Counted from the stretch's first letter, positions 37,851-48,052 are shown. The stretch is 64,000 nucleotides of DNA from an uncultured Gammaproteobacteria bacterium (GCA_964510495.1 CAZECR010000001.1:3781-67780), one strand, 5' to 3'. The notes: generated by a model not told the origin, from the letters alone. Numbers and translations: made by a program.

Positions 37851-39247
37851 TTTCCGAATTTACCCGCGAAGGCTGCTTGAAATGAACTGAGGTCGGCTGG
37901 TGCGGCAGCTGTTGTCGGTTCTGGTGTCGGGGTTGATTCGGCCCTGGGTGTAGCAACCGGAGTTTCCTTTGGCGCGCGACTTCTTTCTAGTCGCTCGTAG
38001 AGCTTATCGAGTTGGGCTTGAGTGGTACGCGGCTCGCCGAGCGCATCTTGAGTGTCAAAAAAAAGTCTGGTGTCTCGCGTCGGATGTTGGGCGACAAATT
38101 CGGCGAGTGCTGGACGAATTTTTTGTCGCTTTTCTTTTTCCCGTTCTTTATAGTTTAATTGTTCATGTATTTCAGCGAGATAGGCGCGTGCTTTAGTTTC
38201 ACAATCCTCCAGTGTTGCCTTGGAAATCCAGTCGTTACCTTCGGCATAGGCTTCTTCTGCTTTCGAAAAAGCGCTTTTTGCCTCAAAGTCTAGGTTGCTG
38301 AAATAACCCAGCGAACCTTTGCTCTCAACGAGCTTTCTTTGGGTCGCTGCCTCTTCGAGGATAGTCTGAATGTCCTTAAGTCGTTTGGGAATTTCGGCAT
38401 ATTCTCCCTTGGTTGGGTCGGTTGCTTCAAGACGCGTTGCGACAAGCTCGTTGCATTTTGGCAAACTATTTTTAATAGCAAAAAAAGCTTCCTCATTTTT
38501 AGTGTATGCTTCTACTGTTTCTGGGTACTCTGATTCGGCGGCGATCTCTTCGGATACGGTCAGTTCTTTTTGCACATACCCCTCCAGCTCTTGTAGGTAC
38601 TGAAGTTTTTTGGTCAAACATTTTCGCTGAAGGGCGATTGGCTGTTCACGTTCTTCGACAGTAAGGGCAGCGCTTGTCTCAACAAATACCGGTACCCCTT
38701 CGTCGCTAATCAGGTAAACATCTTCAATGGATTTATACGCTTCACTGGAAAATTTTAATCCCCAGTCATTCTCTTCACCTGCGGCAATTTGTCGATATAC
38801 AAAACAAATCTTAGGCTTTTCGCTGCGAGCGAGTGATTCTGTCTGAAGAATGGTTTCAGACCAGAGTGCTAAGAGGGAAGTAATATTAAGTGAGCCTTCT
38901 CTGCCCTGTGCGTGTTCGTCGGGCATGAGTTCTTGAAGTACTCTTGAGAGCATCTCGTCATCCAATCGTTTGGCAACAGGGCGGATGCAATGTGGGCTTT
39001 CGGTGCGCCCTCCCGAGGTGGTTCGTGCAAAATCTGCGACGGGCAGTTTTATAAAATCATCACGGTCGGGCCTCATGCCCTTTTTTTTGATCGCTAGGGT
39101 CATATTGAGGTGTTCGTCCTGGTAACCACGCATTTCCAGTGATCCTATATCAAAATCAGCGCCTTCGCTAATCAAACGAGCAATTTCTTCAGGTGAATGT
39201 TTTGGTTGTTCGTGCAGCTCGTGTGGCTGAGGAGATTCTCTCATCAT
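37829..39247 (-). CDS. Hypothetical acidic protein
   Basis: 472 aa, Glu-rich, coiled-coil-like, with a Pro/Thr-rich C-terminal tail. No recognisable catalytic motif. Confidence 0.5.
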   Translation of the reverse strand: MMRESPQPHELHEQPKHSPEEIARLISEGADFDIGSLEMRGYQDEHLNMTLAIKKKGMRPDRDDFIKLPVADFARTTSGGRTESPHCIRPVAKRLDDEMLSRVLQELMPDEHAQGREGSLNITSLLALWSETILQTESLARSEKPKICFVYRQIAAGEENDWGLKFSSEAYKSIEDVYLISDEGVPVFVETSAALTVEEREQPIALQRKCLTKKLQYLQELEGYVQKELTVSEEIAAESEYPETVEAYTKNEEAFFAIKNSLPKCNELVATRLEATDPTKGEYAEIPKRLKDIQTILEEAATQRKLVESKGSLGYFSNLDFEAKSAFSKAEEAYAEGNDWISKATLEDCETKARAYLAEIHEQLNYKEREKEKRQKIRPALAEFVAQHPTRDTRLFFDTQDALGEPRTTQAQLDKLYERLERSRAPKETPVATPRAESTPTPEPTTAAAPADLSSFQAAFAGKFGNKKKPSK

Positions 39248-39397
39248 ATAACCGGGTAAATGAGTTTAGATTTTTAAATTGTCACCAGTCAAATGTGGTT
39301 CTATATGTAGACGATACTATAAAAACTGAACTTGTTCAATCCTGGGCCATTTTAAAATTGTCGGTGAGGAGTTGCCTAGAGCGAGGTGGTAAAAAAT

Positions 39398-39422
39398 AAA
39401 ACGACTCGTCGTGAGTCGTTTT
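39398..39422 (-). terminator. Intrinsic terminator for the 39429-39959 gene
   Basis: aaaacgactc-gtcg-tgagtcgtttt. On the minus strand it is followed by a U-tract. Confidence 0.5.
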
Positions 39423-39428
39423 AAAAGT

Positions 39429-39959
39429 TTACTTTGATTTGCTTTTCCAGCCGGTATATAAGCTCGCGGCTTCCACTTTTCGCATTTCTAGCCTGCGACG
39501 TTGCCACAGAAGTTCTTTCAGATTAATCATGGCCCTTAGTCGTTCAATATCTCCGGCTGCAGCTGTAGCAATTTTTTTATCAAGCTCAATAAGGTGTGTG
39601 TCTTGAAGTAGATTAAATATTTTCTCATCAGCGGGTAAATGCAAATTTTTTAGTTGCTCCACAATCTCTTCATCTTTGTAAATAATTGCTTCTTCAACGG
39701 CGGCTAAGGTTTTTTCATGTTGAGCCGCCTGAGGGTTTTCGTTTTCTTGTTCAGTAAGCTGGGGCAATAGTGCTTCGCTGACTGCATCAATTTTATCTAT
39801 AAGGTTGCCTGGTTTTAAATGCTGTGCTTCTACCCGCTTGCCTAAATCTTTTAGGTCGGGCATTATACGAGCTTCTTTTGGTTTGCTGCGTAAATTTTTC
39901 AATTCTTGCAGTTGAGGGGCGAGCTTTGAGCTTTCTGGTTGGTATGATTGTGTTTCCAT
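39429..39959 (-). CDS. Hypothetical coiled-coil protein (177 aa)
   Basis: This is the 3' part of a 466-aa ORF in the track. Only the region downstream of METQSYQPESS... has protein-like composition. The upstream part is antisense to uvrB. Confidence 0.45.
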   Translation of the reverse strand: METQSYQPESSKLAPQLQELKNLRSKPKEARIMPDLKDLGKRVEAQHLKPGNLIDKIDAVSEALLPQLTEQENENPQAAQHEKTLAAVEEAIIYKDEEIVEQLKNLHLPADEKIFNLLQDTHLIELDKKIATAAAGDIERLRAMINLKELLWQRRRLEMRKVEAASLYTGWKSKSK

Positions 39960-40031
39960 AGGATTATGATTATACTTACATAATAACATAAACAGGCCAG
40001 TATAGCATAAAAAAGTCATTTTGTCAATCCT

Positions 40032-42116
40032 ATGCCATTTAAAATTGTTTCTGAATACGCGCCAGCAGGGGACCAGCCCAAAGCAATTAATCAGCTGGTG
40101 GAGGGTCTTAAAGAAGGGTTTAAAAAACAAACCTTGCTTGGGGTAACTGGGTCGGGTAAAACGTTCACGATGGCGAACGTTATTGAGCGTGTCCAAATGC
40201 CGACTTTGGTAATTGCGCATAACAAGACACTGGCAGCTCAGCTCTGTAATGAGTTTCGTGATTTTTTCCCCAACAACGTGGTTGAGTATTTTGTAAGTTA
40301 CTATGATTACTATCAGCCAGAAGCATATATTCCAACCAGTGACACGTATATTGAAAAGGAAGCGCAGATCAACCAGGAAATTGATCGTTTGCGTCATGCT
40401 TGCACTCAGGCCCTGCTTACCCGCAAAGACGTGATTGTTGTTGCTTCTGTTTCCGCGATTTATGGTTTGGGTTCGCCAGCTGCGTATGAAAAAGATGTTT
40501 TGCATATGCGCGTGGGCGATGCGCTCGACAGGCGCGGTATGATGGAGCAGCTTATCGGCATGCAATTTGAACGCACGACTGCGGATATGCGCCGCGGAAC
40601 ATTTCGGATGCAGGGACAAGTGTTTGAAATTATGCCGGTTAACGAAGAAATGATTTATCGTTTTGAAATTAGCGCGCATATTGATCGTATTGAACAAGTT
40701 GATCCAGTGACGCGTAAAATAAAACGCGAGCAAGAAGATGTGTGGCTCTTCCCGGCGAAGCATTATGTCGTCGGCGCGGAAGCTCGGGAGCGCGCGTTTG
40801 TGCGTATCAAAGATGAACTTGAAAAACAATTAGAACTGTTTGATCGTCAAGGAAAATTACTGGAACGTGATCGTCTCAAACGCCGGGTCAGTTATGATTT
40901 AGAACTTATTAAAAATATTGGCTACTGCAACGGTATTGAAAATTATTCTCGTCACTTTGAAGGACGTGCGGAGGGCGAACCATCGTTTACGCTCCTCGAC
41001 TATTTTAAACATGGAGCAAAAGAATTTTTGACAATCATCGATGAGTCACATGTGACGGTGCCGCAGGTGCGGGCGATGTACAATGGTGACCGAGCGCGTA
41101 AAGATACGCTGGTCGAACACGGCTTTCGTTTGCCAAGCGCTCGCGACAATCGGCCGCTGCGTTATGAAGAATTTGAAAAATTAGTTGACCAGGTGGTATA
41201 TGTTTCAGCTACGCCAACGGAGTATGAACTGAGTGAAAGTAAGCAGGTGGTGGAACAAGTTGTTCGTCCAACGGGTTTGATTGATCCGGAGGTTATTATT
41301 CGCCCCATTACACCAAGCAGGTCCGATAACGGACTCTCGCAAATTGAAGACTTGATGGTTCGAATTGATGAGCGCATCGCAGCTAAGGAACGTGTTTTGG
41401 TAACCACGCTCACCAAGCGTATGGCCGAAGACCTGACGCAATTTTTGGAAGAGAAGAAAGTGAAAGTAAAATTTTTGCATAGTGATGTCCAGACGCTGGA
41501 TCGTATTACGGTCATTATGGAATTACGCCAAGGCAAGATTGACGTTTTGGTGGGAGTTAATCTTTTGCGCGAAGGGCTCGACATGCCGGAAGTGTCACTG
41601 GTTGCTATTCTCGACGCAGACAAAGAAGGATTTCTGCGTAGTGAAACGAGTTTAATTCAAACCATTGGCCGCGCCGCGCGTAATGTGAACGGGCAAGTTG
41701 TGTTGTATGCCGACCACAGTACCGGTTCGATCGAGCGCGCGATTGCCGAAACAAATCGTCGCCGCACCATTCAGCTCGCGTACAACGAGGAGCGTGGCAT
41801 TACACCAAAAACAATTCAAAAAACTATTCGGAATATTTTGGAAGAATTTGGTATTAGTGAAACGTCGCCCGGGGGAAACAGCAAAGAACATAAACGCCGC
41901 CGCGCGGAACTTGCGAACCTCGATACGCTCGGTGACGACCGGCCACTCAGCGTCATCATCAAAGACAAAGAGGCGCAGATGAAAGATGCGGCGAAAGGAC
42001 TTGAGTTTGAACTTGCGGCAATACTGCGAGACGAGATTCGTGAGTTGACCGCAAGGCAGAAATCGAGTGGGGAAGTAGAGAAAAGTAAAAAGGGACGACC
42101 GGCGAAAAAGAAGTAA
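40032..42116 (+). CDS. uvrB: Excinuclease ABC subunit B
   Basis: 694 aa. Walker A GVTGSGKT, the beta-hairpin region, helicase motifs, and the C-terminal UVR domain (ILRDEIRELTARQK). Confidence 0.95.
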   Translation: MPFKIVSEYAPAGDQPKAINQLVEGLKEGFKKQTLLGVTGSGKTFTMANVIERVQMPTLVIAHNKTLAAQLCNEFRDFFPNNVVEYFVSYYDYYQPEAYIPTSDTYIEKEAQINQEIDRLRHACTQALLTRKDVIVVASVSAIYGLGSPAAYEKDVLHMRVGDALDRRGMMEQLIGMQFERTTADMRRGTFRMQGQVFEIMPVNEEMIYRFEISAHIDRIEQVDPVTRKIKREQEDVWLFPAKHYVVGAEARERAFVRIKDELEKQLELFDRQGKLLERDRLKRRVSYDLELIKNIGYCNGIENYSRHFEGRAEGEPSFTLLDYFKHGAKEFLTIIDESHVTVPQVRAMYNGDRARKDTLVEHGFRLPSARDNRPLRYEEFEKLVDQVVYVSATPTEYELSESKQVVEQVVRPTGLIDPEVIIRPITPSRSDNGLSQIEDLMVRIDERIAAKERVLVTTLTKRMAEDLTQFLEEKKVKVKFLHSDVQTLDRITVIMELRQGKIDVLVGVNLLREGLDMPEVSLVAILDADKEGFLRSETSLIQTIGRAARNVNGQVVLYADHSTGSIERAIAETNRRRTIQLAYNEERGITPKTIQKTIRNILEEFGISETSPGGNSKEHKRRRAELANLDTLGDDRPLSVIIKDKEAQMKDAAKGLEFELAAILRDEIRELTARQKSSGEVEKSKKGRPAKKK

Positions 42117-42123
42117 ATAATGT

Positions 42124-42158
42124 AAAACACCTTCAGAATTCATGAAGGTGTTTTATTA
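42124..42158. terminator. Bidirectional intrinsic terminator between the convergent uvrB and sigma-factor genes
   Basis: aaaa-caccttca-gaattc-atgaaggtg-tttt. Confidence 0.6.
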
Positions 42159-42170
42159 TGAGGTGGGTAG

Positions 42171-42920
42171 TTATAAGGCAATGTTTTTTTCGACTGGTTC
42201 TATGGGGTCGGCAAGTTCAATGGTAAGTTTTCTGACTCCCTCTTGAAAACGTGATTTAGCCGCTTCTTCAGTAATGGTAAGCTGCTTTGCGATTTCTTTC
42301 AGCTCTAGCCCCTCTTTTAAACGAAGGTCGATTACGGCCCTTACTTTTGGCGAAAGTGTGTTGAGCGCGGCATTGAGACGGTTTGTTTTATCTGACTCAT
42401 GGATTTTTTTAAAAAGAGAGGCCTCAGGGGTTTCTAAATGACTGGAGCTGCCCACAGCATGAATTCGATTACGTCGAGTTATGTTGACTATCTGACGCTG
42501 CTTTTTGGGTAAACGATGTATGCCAAACTTATTCTTATGTTCTAAAGTCGCGCTGCGTTCTTCAAGTATTTTTATGTCAGGCATTAATATTTCATTTCTT
42601 CGTTTAAGTGTGTTTTGTAAACGAAGTACTTTTTTTGCTGCATTAATGGCCACATCCACGCACCAGGTTTCAAATTTTGCCGGTCCATTAGGGTCGAATT
42701 TATTTTCTCGTAATGTTCGAGCAATACTTGCTAAAGCATCTTGGGTAGCTTCTTTACACTCTTCAGTTTTTAGAATTTTTCCGAAATTTCTTGTTATATA
42801 TAAATATATTCCGGTATAAAATTGTGGCGAAGCGAGCTTGTCCCACAAATTTTGTAGATCAGGATTGGTTTCGGTATGTACACTTTTATAGGGAGGCGCA
42901 CCTCTTTCGACTGCCATATG
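42171..42920 (-). CDS. Sigma-70 family RNA polymerase sigma factor (regions 2 and 4)
   Basis: The region 4 HTH ...LKEIAKQLTITEEAAKSRFQEGVRKL... and a region 2-like segment. The start is set at MAVERGAPP. Confidence 0.65.
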   Translation of the reverse strand, partial: HMAVERGAPPYKSVHTETNPDLQNLWDKLASPQFYTGIYLYITRNFGKILKTEECKEATQDALASIARTLRENKFDPNGPAKFETWCVDVAINAAKKVLRLQNTLKRRNEILMPDIKILEERSATLEHKNKFGIHRLPKKQRQIVNITRRNRIHAVGSSSHLETPEASLFKKIHESDKTNRLNAALNTLSPKVRAVIDLRLKEGLELKEIAKQLTITEEAAKSRFQEGVRKLTIELADPIEPVEKNIAL

Positions 42921-43107
42921 CAAAAATTTAAAAAATATTTGAGTAAGTATACTTGTCTTACACATTATGTAAAGAAGTAGAAATAAAAAATACTCTGTTC
43001 TAGAACAGAGTATTTTTTATTTCTACTCAACACCTCTAAAGATGGGTAGTGGAAAGTGTGGAGCGCTCCTTGCTAAAGGGAGCGCTCCACGAAGCGGTAT
43101 GGGGGGG

Positions 43108-45111
43108 TCAGAGAACGTGGAGTAGTCCGTAGATGCCGATGGTCAGGATACCAAGGGCCTCGCCGGCGATGATGCCTCCTCCGATGAGGGGGCTGGTGCT
43201 CATGTCGTCGAGACCCTCGTTTGCGGAGTCGGGCTCGTCAATATTGCTGCTCGTCGGCCGCGGGGTTGTTGTTGATTCCACGTGGAGTGGTTCGGCACTG
43301 TAGCCAGCGGAGATCACGTTGGTTTTGATCCCGCTGCCCTGACAGGTGTGGCAGGCGTCTTTTTCATCGGGCAGCTTGGAACGAGACTCGGCAGTGGCTT
43401 CGGCGCGCGCTTCGCTTTCGATGAAGCGAGAGTAGCTGGCGAGAACGCCGCCGATCATGTACCAGAGCGAGGTCGAGAGCTCGACGAAGCCACCGAAGGA
43501 CGAGGCGTAGGGTGAGGGCAGGATGATCGCGTCGATCATGAACCGGACGAATTTGGACGACCGGGTGCCTCGCTTCAGATACCGACGGTAGCGCTGGCTG
43601 AGGGCCAGGAGTTCCCGGAGGAGCTGGGTCACGAAGCCGATCGCGAGGCCGAGCAGCACCGCCTTTTTCGCGACCTCACGCTTTTGCATGATTTTCGCGA
43701 GTTTGGCGGGCGGTGCATTCTGGTCGATCGGGACGATGAAGGTGTCGATCGCCCCTTTCAGCTTGTACGTCATTGCTGACTGCCAAGCGGTGGGGCGTTC
43801 TTCCTTCTTCATCACGGTCTGATCTTTTTGCAGAATGGGGTAGGCCTTCATGAAGAACAGGGGGAGGAGGACGGACAGCGCCGCGGCCATGGGGATCCCC
43901 ATGACCTGGTACCAGAACTGAGTCCGCCGGGGCGTCGACAGGCGCTTGCCAGTCGACCTGTCCTGCTGCATATCGCCGCCGATGCTCATGTTGAGGAGCA
44001 TGATCGAGGCGCAGAGGAGGGCAGTGTCGACGTTCGTGAGCTTGGTCATGGCCATGACGTAGATGGCGAATACGGTCGCGCTCGAGACGGGGTTTGAATC
44101 CGTCATGCCGAGCGAGAGGCCGTTCACCAGGAGGAAGATGGCGCTGAGGGCAAGCGCGAGCGCGAGATACGCGATCGGCTGGTAGAGGAAGAAGTGTCCG
44201 ACGACGATGACCGCCACGGCCGAGCCCAGGATCCAAAGCGCGAGGAACGACGACTTGATCTTCTGCTTGTCCTCCTGTCGCAGGATCTCGAGACCGATGA
44301 TGCTCGTGGTCTCTTTGACCTTGCGGGTAACGAGCTTGTGGATGATGCCGAGGAGTTGTGCGATGAAGGCTCCGAGGATCATGCCGAGCATGATGATGAA
44401 GAAGACCTTGCGGAAGGGGTCGCCGGGCTCGAGCCACTCGATCTTGACTAGGTAGGGAACCAGTTGCTCGCCGGTAAGACCGAGCAGGAAGGCGGGTAGC
44501 GTGAGGGTGACGCCGAGGATCATGCCGACGCCGATCGTAGACGCGGATAGGCCGAGCGGCTCAAGGGCTGTCAGCTTCATGCTGGCGATACCCATGGCGT
44601 AGCCGAGGCCGGTGCCAGTCGCAAGCTTCGCGAGGGACTTGTTGAGCAGTAGCTTGTTGCACAGAGCGCGCAGGATGTTGGCCGCCCCAAGTCCCGAGGG
44701 GAACTTGAGGTCCATCTTGTCCACCAGGAGTGGCGTGTACGCCATCCCGACACCGATCCCGAACAGGGAGATGCAGGCGTGGAACAAGATGAGCGGCATG
44801 ATGGGAGTGGGAAGTCCGTACCAGACACGTACCTGGATGAGGATACCCATACCAGTCACCGAGGCGACGCTCGCCGCCAGGGTCTGGATGTAGTTACCCA
44901 TGTGCATGCCTTCCGGTCCGTACCGGTAGGTGACCACGCTGCCGAGGATGGAAGCGAAGATCTGCGCCCCGATCGCGAAGCCGATCGAGAAGTTCATGTA
45001 GAGCGCGGTCACCGCTGCGAGAGGTCCGAGGATGAGCATCGAGACGAGGATCAAGAGGATGTGGAGCTGGGGCGTGCCGACTGCCGGCCAACCAAACTTC
45101 GGGATTTTCAT
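43108..45111 (-). CDS. OPT-family oligopeptide transporter (GC-rich island)
   Basis: 668 aa from MKIPKFGW, with RBS GGAGGT. It has about 16 TM segments and is a paralog of the adjacent 45497-47506 product. GC content is far above the genome background. Confidence 0.7.
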   Translation of the reverse strand: MKIPKFGWPAVGTPQLHILLILVSMLILGPLAAVTALYMNFSIGFAIGAQIFASILGSVVTYRYGPEGMHMGNYIQTLAASVASVTGMGILIQVRVWYGLPTPIMPLILFHACISLFGIGVGMAYTPLLVDKMDLKFPSGLGAANILRALCNKLLLNKSLAKLATGTGLGYAMGIASMKLTALEPLGLSASTIGVGMILGVTLTLPAFLLGLTGEQLVPYLVKIEWLEPGDPFRKVFFIIMLGMILGAFIAQLLGIIHKLVTRKVKETTSIIGLEILRQEDKQKIKSSFLALWILGSAVAVIVVGHFFLYQPIAYLALALALSAIFLLVNGLSLGMTDSNPVSSATVFAIYVMAMTKLTNVDTALLCASIMLLNMSIGGDMQQDRSTGKRLSTPRRTQFWYQVMGIPMAAALSVLLPLFFMKAYPILQKDQTVMKKEERPTAWQSAMTYKLKGAIDTFIVPIDQNAPPAKLAKIMQKREVAKKAVLLGLAIGFVTQLLRELLALSQRYRRYLKRGTRSSKFVRFMIDAIILPSPYASSFGGFVELSTSLWYMIGGVLASYSRFIESEARAEATAESRSKLPDEKDACHTCQGSGIKTNVISAGYSAEPLHVESTTTPRPTSSNIDEPDSANEGLDDMSTSPLIGGGIIAGEALGILTIGIYGLLHVL

Positions 45112-45161
45112 GGCTGTACCTCCGCCATATGCTGTTGAGTTATCGGGGAGTTTGGTCTCAT

Positions 45162-45180
45162 CTATCAAAAAAATTGATAG
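45162..45180. promoter_or_regulatory. Perfect inverted repeat CTATCAA-N5-TTGATAG upstream of the first OPT gene (candidate operator)
   Basis: Read directly. It lies 50 bp upstream of the start codon. Confidence 0.35.
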
Positions 45181-45220
45181 GCGATTCCGTTTCTCACCGC
45201 TAACATTGTAAAAGGGCTTT

Positions 45221-45245
45221 GTTACAGTTGTATGAAAACTGTAAC
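45221..45245. promoter_or_regulatory. Perfect inverted repeat GTTACAGTT-N7-AACTGTAAC (candidate operator)
   Basis: Read directly, in the same intergenic region. Confidence 0.35.
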
Positions 45246-45321
45246 ACCTGAACGTAGCAAAAAATAGAGCAAATGTCAAGATAGGTTGTGGGTATAGTTT
45301 GATAGCATTGTAAAACAAAAA

Positions 45322-45348
45322 TTAAAAATCCCCTAGTGGGGATTTTTA
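45322..45348 (-). terminator. Intrinsic terminator downstream of the second OPT gene
   Basis: aaaaatcccc-tagt-ggggattttt. A U-tract follows on the minus strand. Confidence 0.55.
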
Positions 45349-45496
45349 AGGTACCTTCCTTCTAATTCCTATCTGGAACCACAAGGAAGGGGACAAGTGA
45401 ATACTTACCGTGTTCAAGAGGCAGACGCGGCCTCTTGTTGGCCAAGAGAATAACGCGATGAAGCGTATATTCTCAGGGTCACCTTCCGTGTGGCGG

Positions 45497-47506
45497 CTAG
45501 GCGGAGGCCTTGATCTCGCTGAAGAGGCGCTTCGCGGCTCCGCTCAGGTAGTGCATGAAGAGACCGGCGAGTGCGAGCATGAGCGCCATGGACGTCCAGG
45601 AGGCGATGTGATCGAGCCGAGCAGGGATCGCGGTCAGTGGAAGTGGTACCTTGAAGGCCACCGCACCCGATTGGAAGATACCGACCACGACTTCACCCGC
45701 GATGATCACCGCGGCTGGAGCTGCGATGAGCGCTTCGAGACCGGTCTCATAGGTGCGCCGCGGGGTGGGGAGCATGCTTTCTTCGAGGGTTTGCGTCTCT
45801 TCGTTGGCGTCGTCGACGCCCGGCACGATCGGCAGTTCGTTCTTCTTCACATTCAGCTTCTTCACTGCCCAGTAGGCGATGAGTCCACCGATTGCGATGG
45901 GGATGGTCGCCGAGATGCCGAGGTAGATGCCGACGGCGACAGCCATCGGCGAGAGGCGGAAGGGTGGATTCTTGCGAGTGCGGAGGAAGATGTCCGCTGC
46001 GGCGAGTAGGGCACCGAGGATCATGCCCTTCAGGATCATGTCGCCGAAGGGCAAGGGTTTCCCTTGAAGCCAGGCGAGGAATGCCTCGACCAGTTCCTTG
46101 AAGAGGCCGGCTTGAGGCGCCTCAAGACCCACCCCGATGCCCCGCGTGTGGTGCAGGCTCATGAGGAATGGGTGGAGGATAGGGGCGACACAGACGATGC
46201 TGAGGAGCATCGCCCACTGCTGGCGCCGCGGAGTCGCGCCGAGCATGTAACCGGTCTTGAGGTCCTGGCTCACCGAGCCGGCCGTCGAGGCGGCGCAGCA
46301 GATACATCCAGCGACAGCAAGGAGGATGACGTTCGCGGTCGCGGTGTTCGCAAGGAGCTGCTCACGGAAGATGCCGAGGATGCCGCAAGTTGCGATGAGA
46401 CCAGTGATAGTCATTCCGCTTGTTGGCGACGAGGTGCTGCCCACCTGGCCGACGATGTAGCTCGCGACGAGCGACAAGAGACTGCCGATGATGAACACGC
46501 CGAGAGCAGCTGTCAGGCTGAGGAGCAGAGAGTGCGAGATGTCGTAGAAGAGCCAGACGAAGCCGAGAGCACAGATGGTCAGAACACCGACCTGGTGGAT
46601 GGGTCGCATGTCGTCGTTCTTGGACGCCTGGGTCTTCTTCTGGTTCGTCTGCTGGCCCCGCGAGCGAAGCTTGCTCCGGACGATGCCGCCAACGATCCAG
46701 ACGAGTGAGTAGAAGGCGGCGACGACCATGACTCCGATGCCGAAGAATTTGGACATGCGCTTCAGGTCAGTTGCTGTGCTGAAGTCCGGGTGCCAGGCTG
46801 CATAGGCAGGCCACGAGATCAGACTGATCACGCCGCCTGACAGCATGAGGAGAGCTGCATTCGTGCCGATCAACATGCCGACAGCGAGGAGAGCGAGGGA
46901 GATGGTGCTCTTCAGGCTGAAGAGCTCCTGGGTCCTGCCGCCGGCGACTAGGCGCTTCACCGTGTACAGCGTGCTTTTCTCAGGCACGATACCCACGATG
47001 ACATTGAGAGCGCTCATGGCCGCTCCGATGAGGGTCGCGATCACGAGCGTCAACGTGTTGATCTTACCCGTCTTGGTGAGGACCTGGAGGAGGCGGGCGC
47101 AGGCACGCCCTTCTGGGTAGCGGAGCTCACGGTCACGCTCGACGATCAGGATCGGCCTGATCCAGATCATGGAGACAACGCCGAGACTGCCACCGAAAGC
47201 GGCGACACCAGCGACGTGGTACCAAGGGATCGAACCCTTGCTAGCTCCGATCAGGAGCGCTGGCATTGTGAAGATAACACCGGCGGAGATACTCTCGCCG
47301 GCGCTAGCGACGGTTTGCACTGTGTTGTGTTGGAGGAGGTTGCCTCGCCGCATGAAGATGAACGACAGCACCGCGGCGGGGATGCTGGCGCTCAAGGTCT
47401 GGCCAGCGCTGAGCCCCACGTACATCGTGCTCACGGCGAAGAACGCTGAGAGCACAACGCCGAAGAGCAGCTCACGCAGACCCCATTCTCTCTGAGATTG
47501 TTGCAT
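45497..47506 (-). CDS. OPT-family oligopeptide transporter, paralog 2 (GC-rich island)
   Basis: 669 aa. OPT motifs (...SAGESISAGVIFTMPALL...). Polytopic. Confidence 0.75.
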   Translation of the reverse strand: MQQSQREWGLRELLFGVVLSAFFAVSTMYVGLSAGQTLSASIPAAVLSFIFMRRGNLLQHNTVQTVASAGESISAGVIFTMPALLIGASKGSIPWYHVAGVAAFGGSLGVVSMIWIRPILIVERDRELRYPEGRACARLLQVLTKTGKINTLTLVIATLIGAAMSALNVIVGIVPEKSTLYTVKRLVAGGRTQELFSLKSTISLALLAVGMLIGTNAALLMLSGGVISLISWPAYAAWHPDFSTATDLKRMSKFFGIGVMVVAAFYSLVWIVGGIVRSKLRSRGQQTNQKKTQASKNDDMRPIHQVGVLTICALGFVWLFYDISHSLLLSLTAALGVFIIGSLLSLVASYIVGQVGSTSSPTSGMTITGLIATCGILGIFREQLLANTATANVILLAVAGCICCAASTAGSVSQDLKTGYMLGATPRRQQWAMLLSIVCVAPILHPFLMSLHHTRGIGVGLEAPQAGLFKELVEAFLAWLQGKPLPFGDMILKGMILGALLAAADIFLRTRKNPPFRLSPMAVAVGIYLGISATIPIAIGGLIAYWAVKKLNVKKNELPIVPGVDDANEETQTLEESMLPTPRRTYETGLEALIAAPAAVIIAGEVVVGIFQSGAVAFKVPLPLTAIPARLDHIASWTSMALMLALAGLFMHYLSGAAKRLFSEIKASA

Positions 47507-47585
47507 GGTTCCCTCGTTTTGCTTCGTTTTCGCTAGAATCGTTGTGACGGACCGTGCGCCAAATTTTTCTCCTATTATTTGTTTG

Positions 47586-47640
47586 CTAAGAGATCGAATA
47601 GGGATTATATAATTTATAAAAACACTATTCGATCTCTTAG
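47586..47640. repeat. 16-bp perfect inverted repeat with a 23-nt loop (ctaagagatcgaatag...ctattcgatctcttag)
   Basis: Read directly, in the AT-rich region upstream of the OPT operon. Confidence 0.6.
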
Positions 47641-47684
47641 TTTAAGAAGGTTTATAGTAAGTATTCACTTGTCAAAGATCATTT

Positions 47685-47713
47685 TATTTTAAAAAATGCT
47701 GATGCGCATTGCA
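47685..47713. repeat. 9-bp inverted repeat aatgctgat-N11-atcagcatt
   Basis: Read directly. Confidence 0.5.
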
Positions 47714-47884
47714 AATCAGCATTATGTGAACATATCATAAAAAATGATGAAAGTCAATGCTTCATAAGCCGTGGATCGAGTGGTAAGCCTTTTGTAAAAA
47801 ATAAGGATAATTGTAAATATTTTTTCAAAACTATTGACCGTTATGCTGTTGTAGCGTACCACATAAGCATAGGAGGTCCCCGCC

Positions 47885-48052
47885 ATGACGATGATCCGTA
47901 CCCTCAGTATCTTTGCTGCCCTCAAGCTCTTCTTCACGTTCACCTCGGCGTTCGCCGCCGACAACCTCGAGGCCAAGGCCAGGGCAAAGGCTGCTGCCGA
48001 GAAAGCCAAGGAGAGTGCTGCCGCGAAGGACAAAAAGAGCGACAAGAAGTAG
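47885..48052 (+). CDS. Small secreted Lys/Ala-rich peptide (55 aa; signal peptide plus ~30-aa mature peptide)
   Basis: Strong RBS AGGAGG 7 nt upstream. Signal peptide MTMIRTLSIFAALKLFFTFTSAFA, then ADNLEAKARAKAAAEKAKESAAAKDKKSDKK. It is below the ORF-track length cutoff. GC-rich. Confidence 0.45.
   Translation: MTMIRTLSIFAALKLFFTFTSAFAADNLEAKARAKAAAEKAKESAAAKDKKSDKK

Noticed and set aside
39960-40829. 5' two-thirds of the 466-aa ORF 39429-40829 (-)
   Set aside because: The region above 40031 lies antisense to uvrB. Its product has a nonsense composition (His/Asn/Phe/Arg-rich, e.g. FKTINHFFVNRHNFKHL). Only the 3' 177 codons (39429-39959) look protein-like.
43676-44437. 253-aa ORF (-) and other long ORFs in 43100-47500 (e.g. 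46064-46708 +, 44779-45138 +)
   Set aside because: These lie in alternative frames of the GC-rich OPT transporter genes. High GC suppresses stop codons. The products are Arg/His/Pro-rich nonsense.
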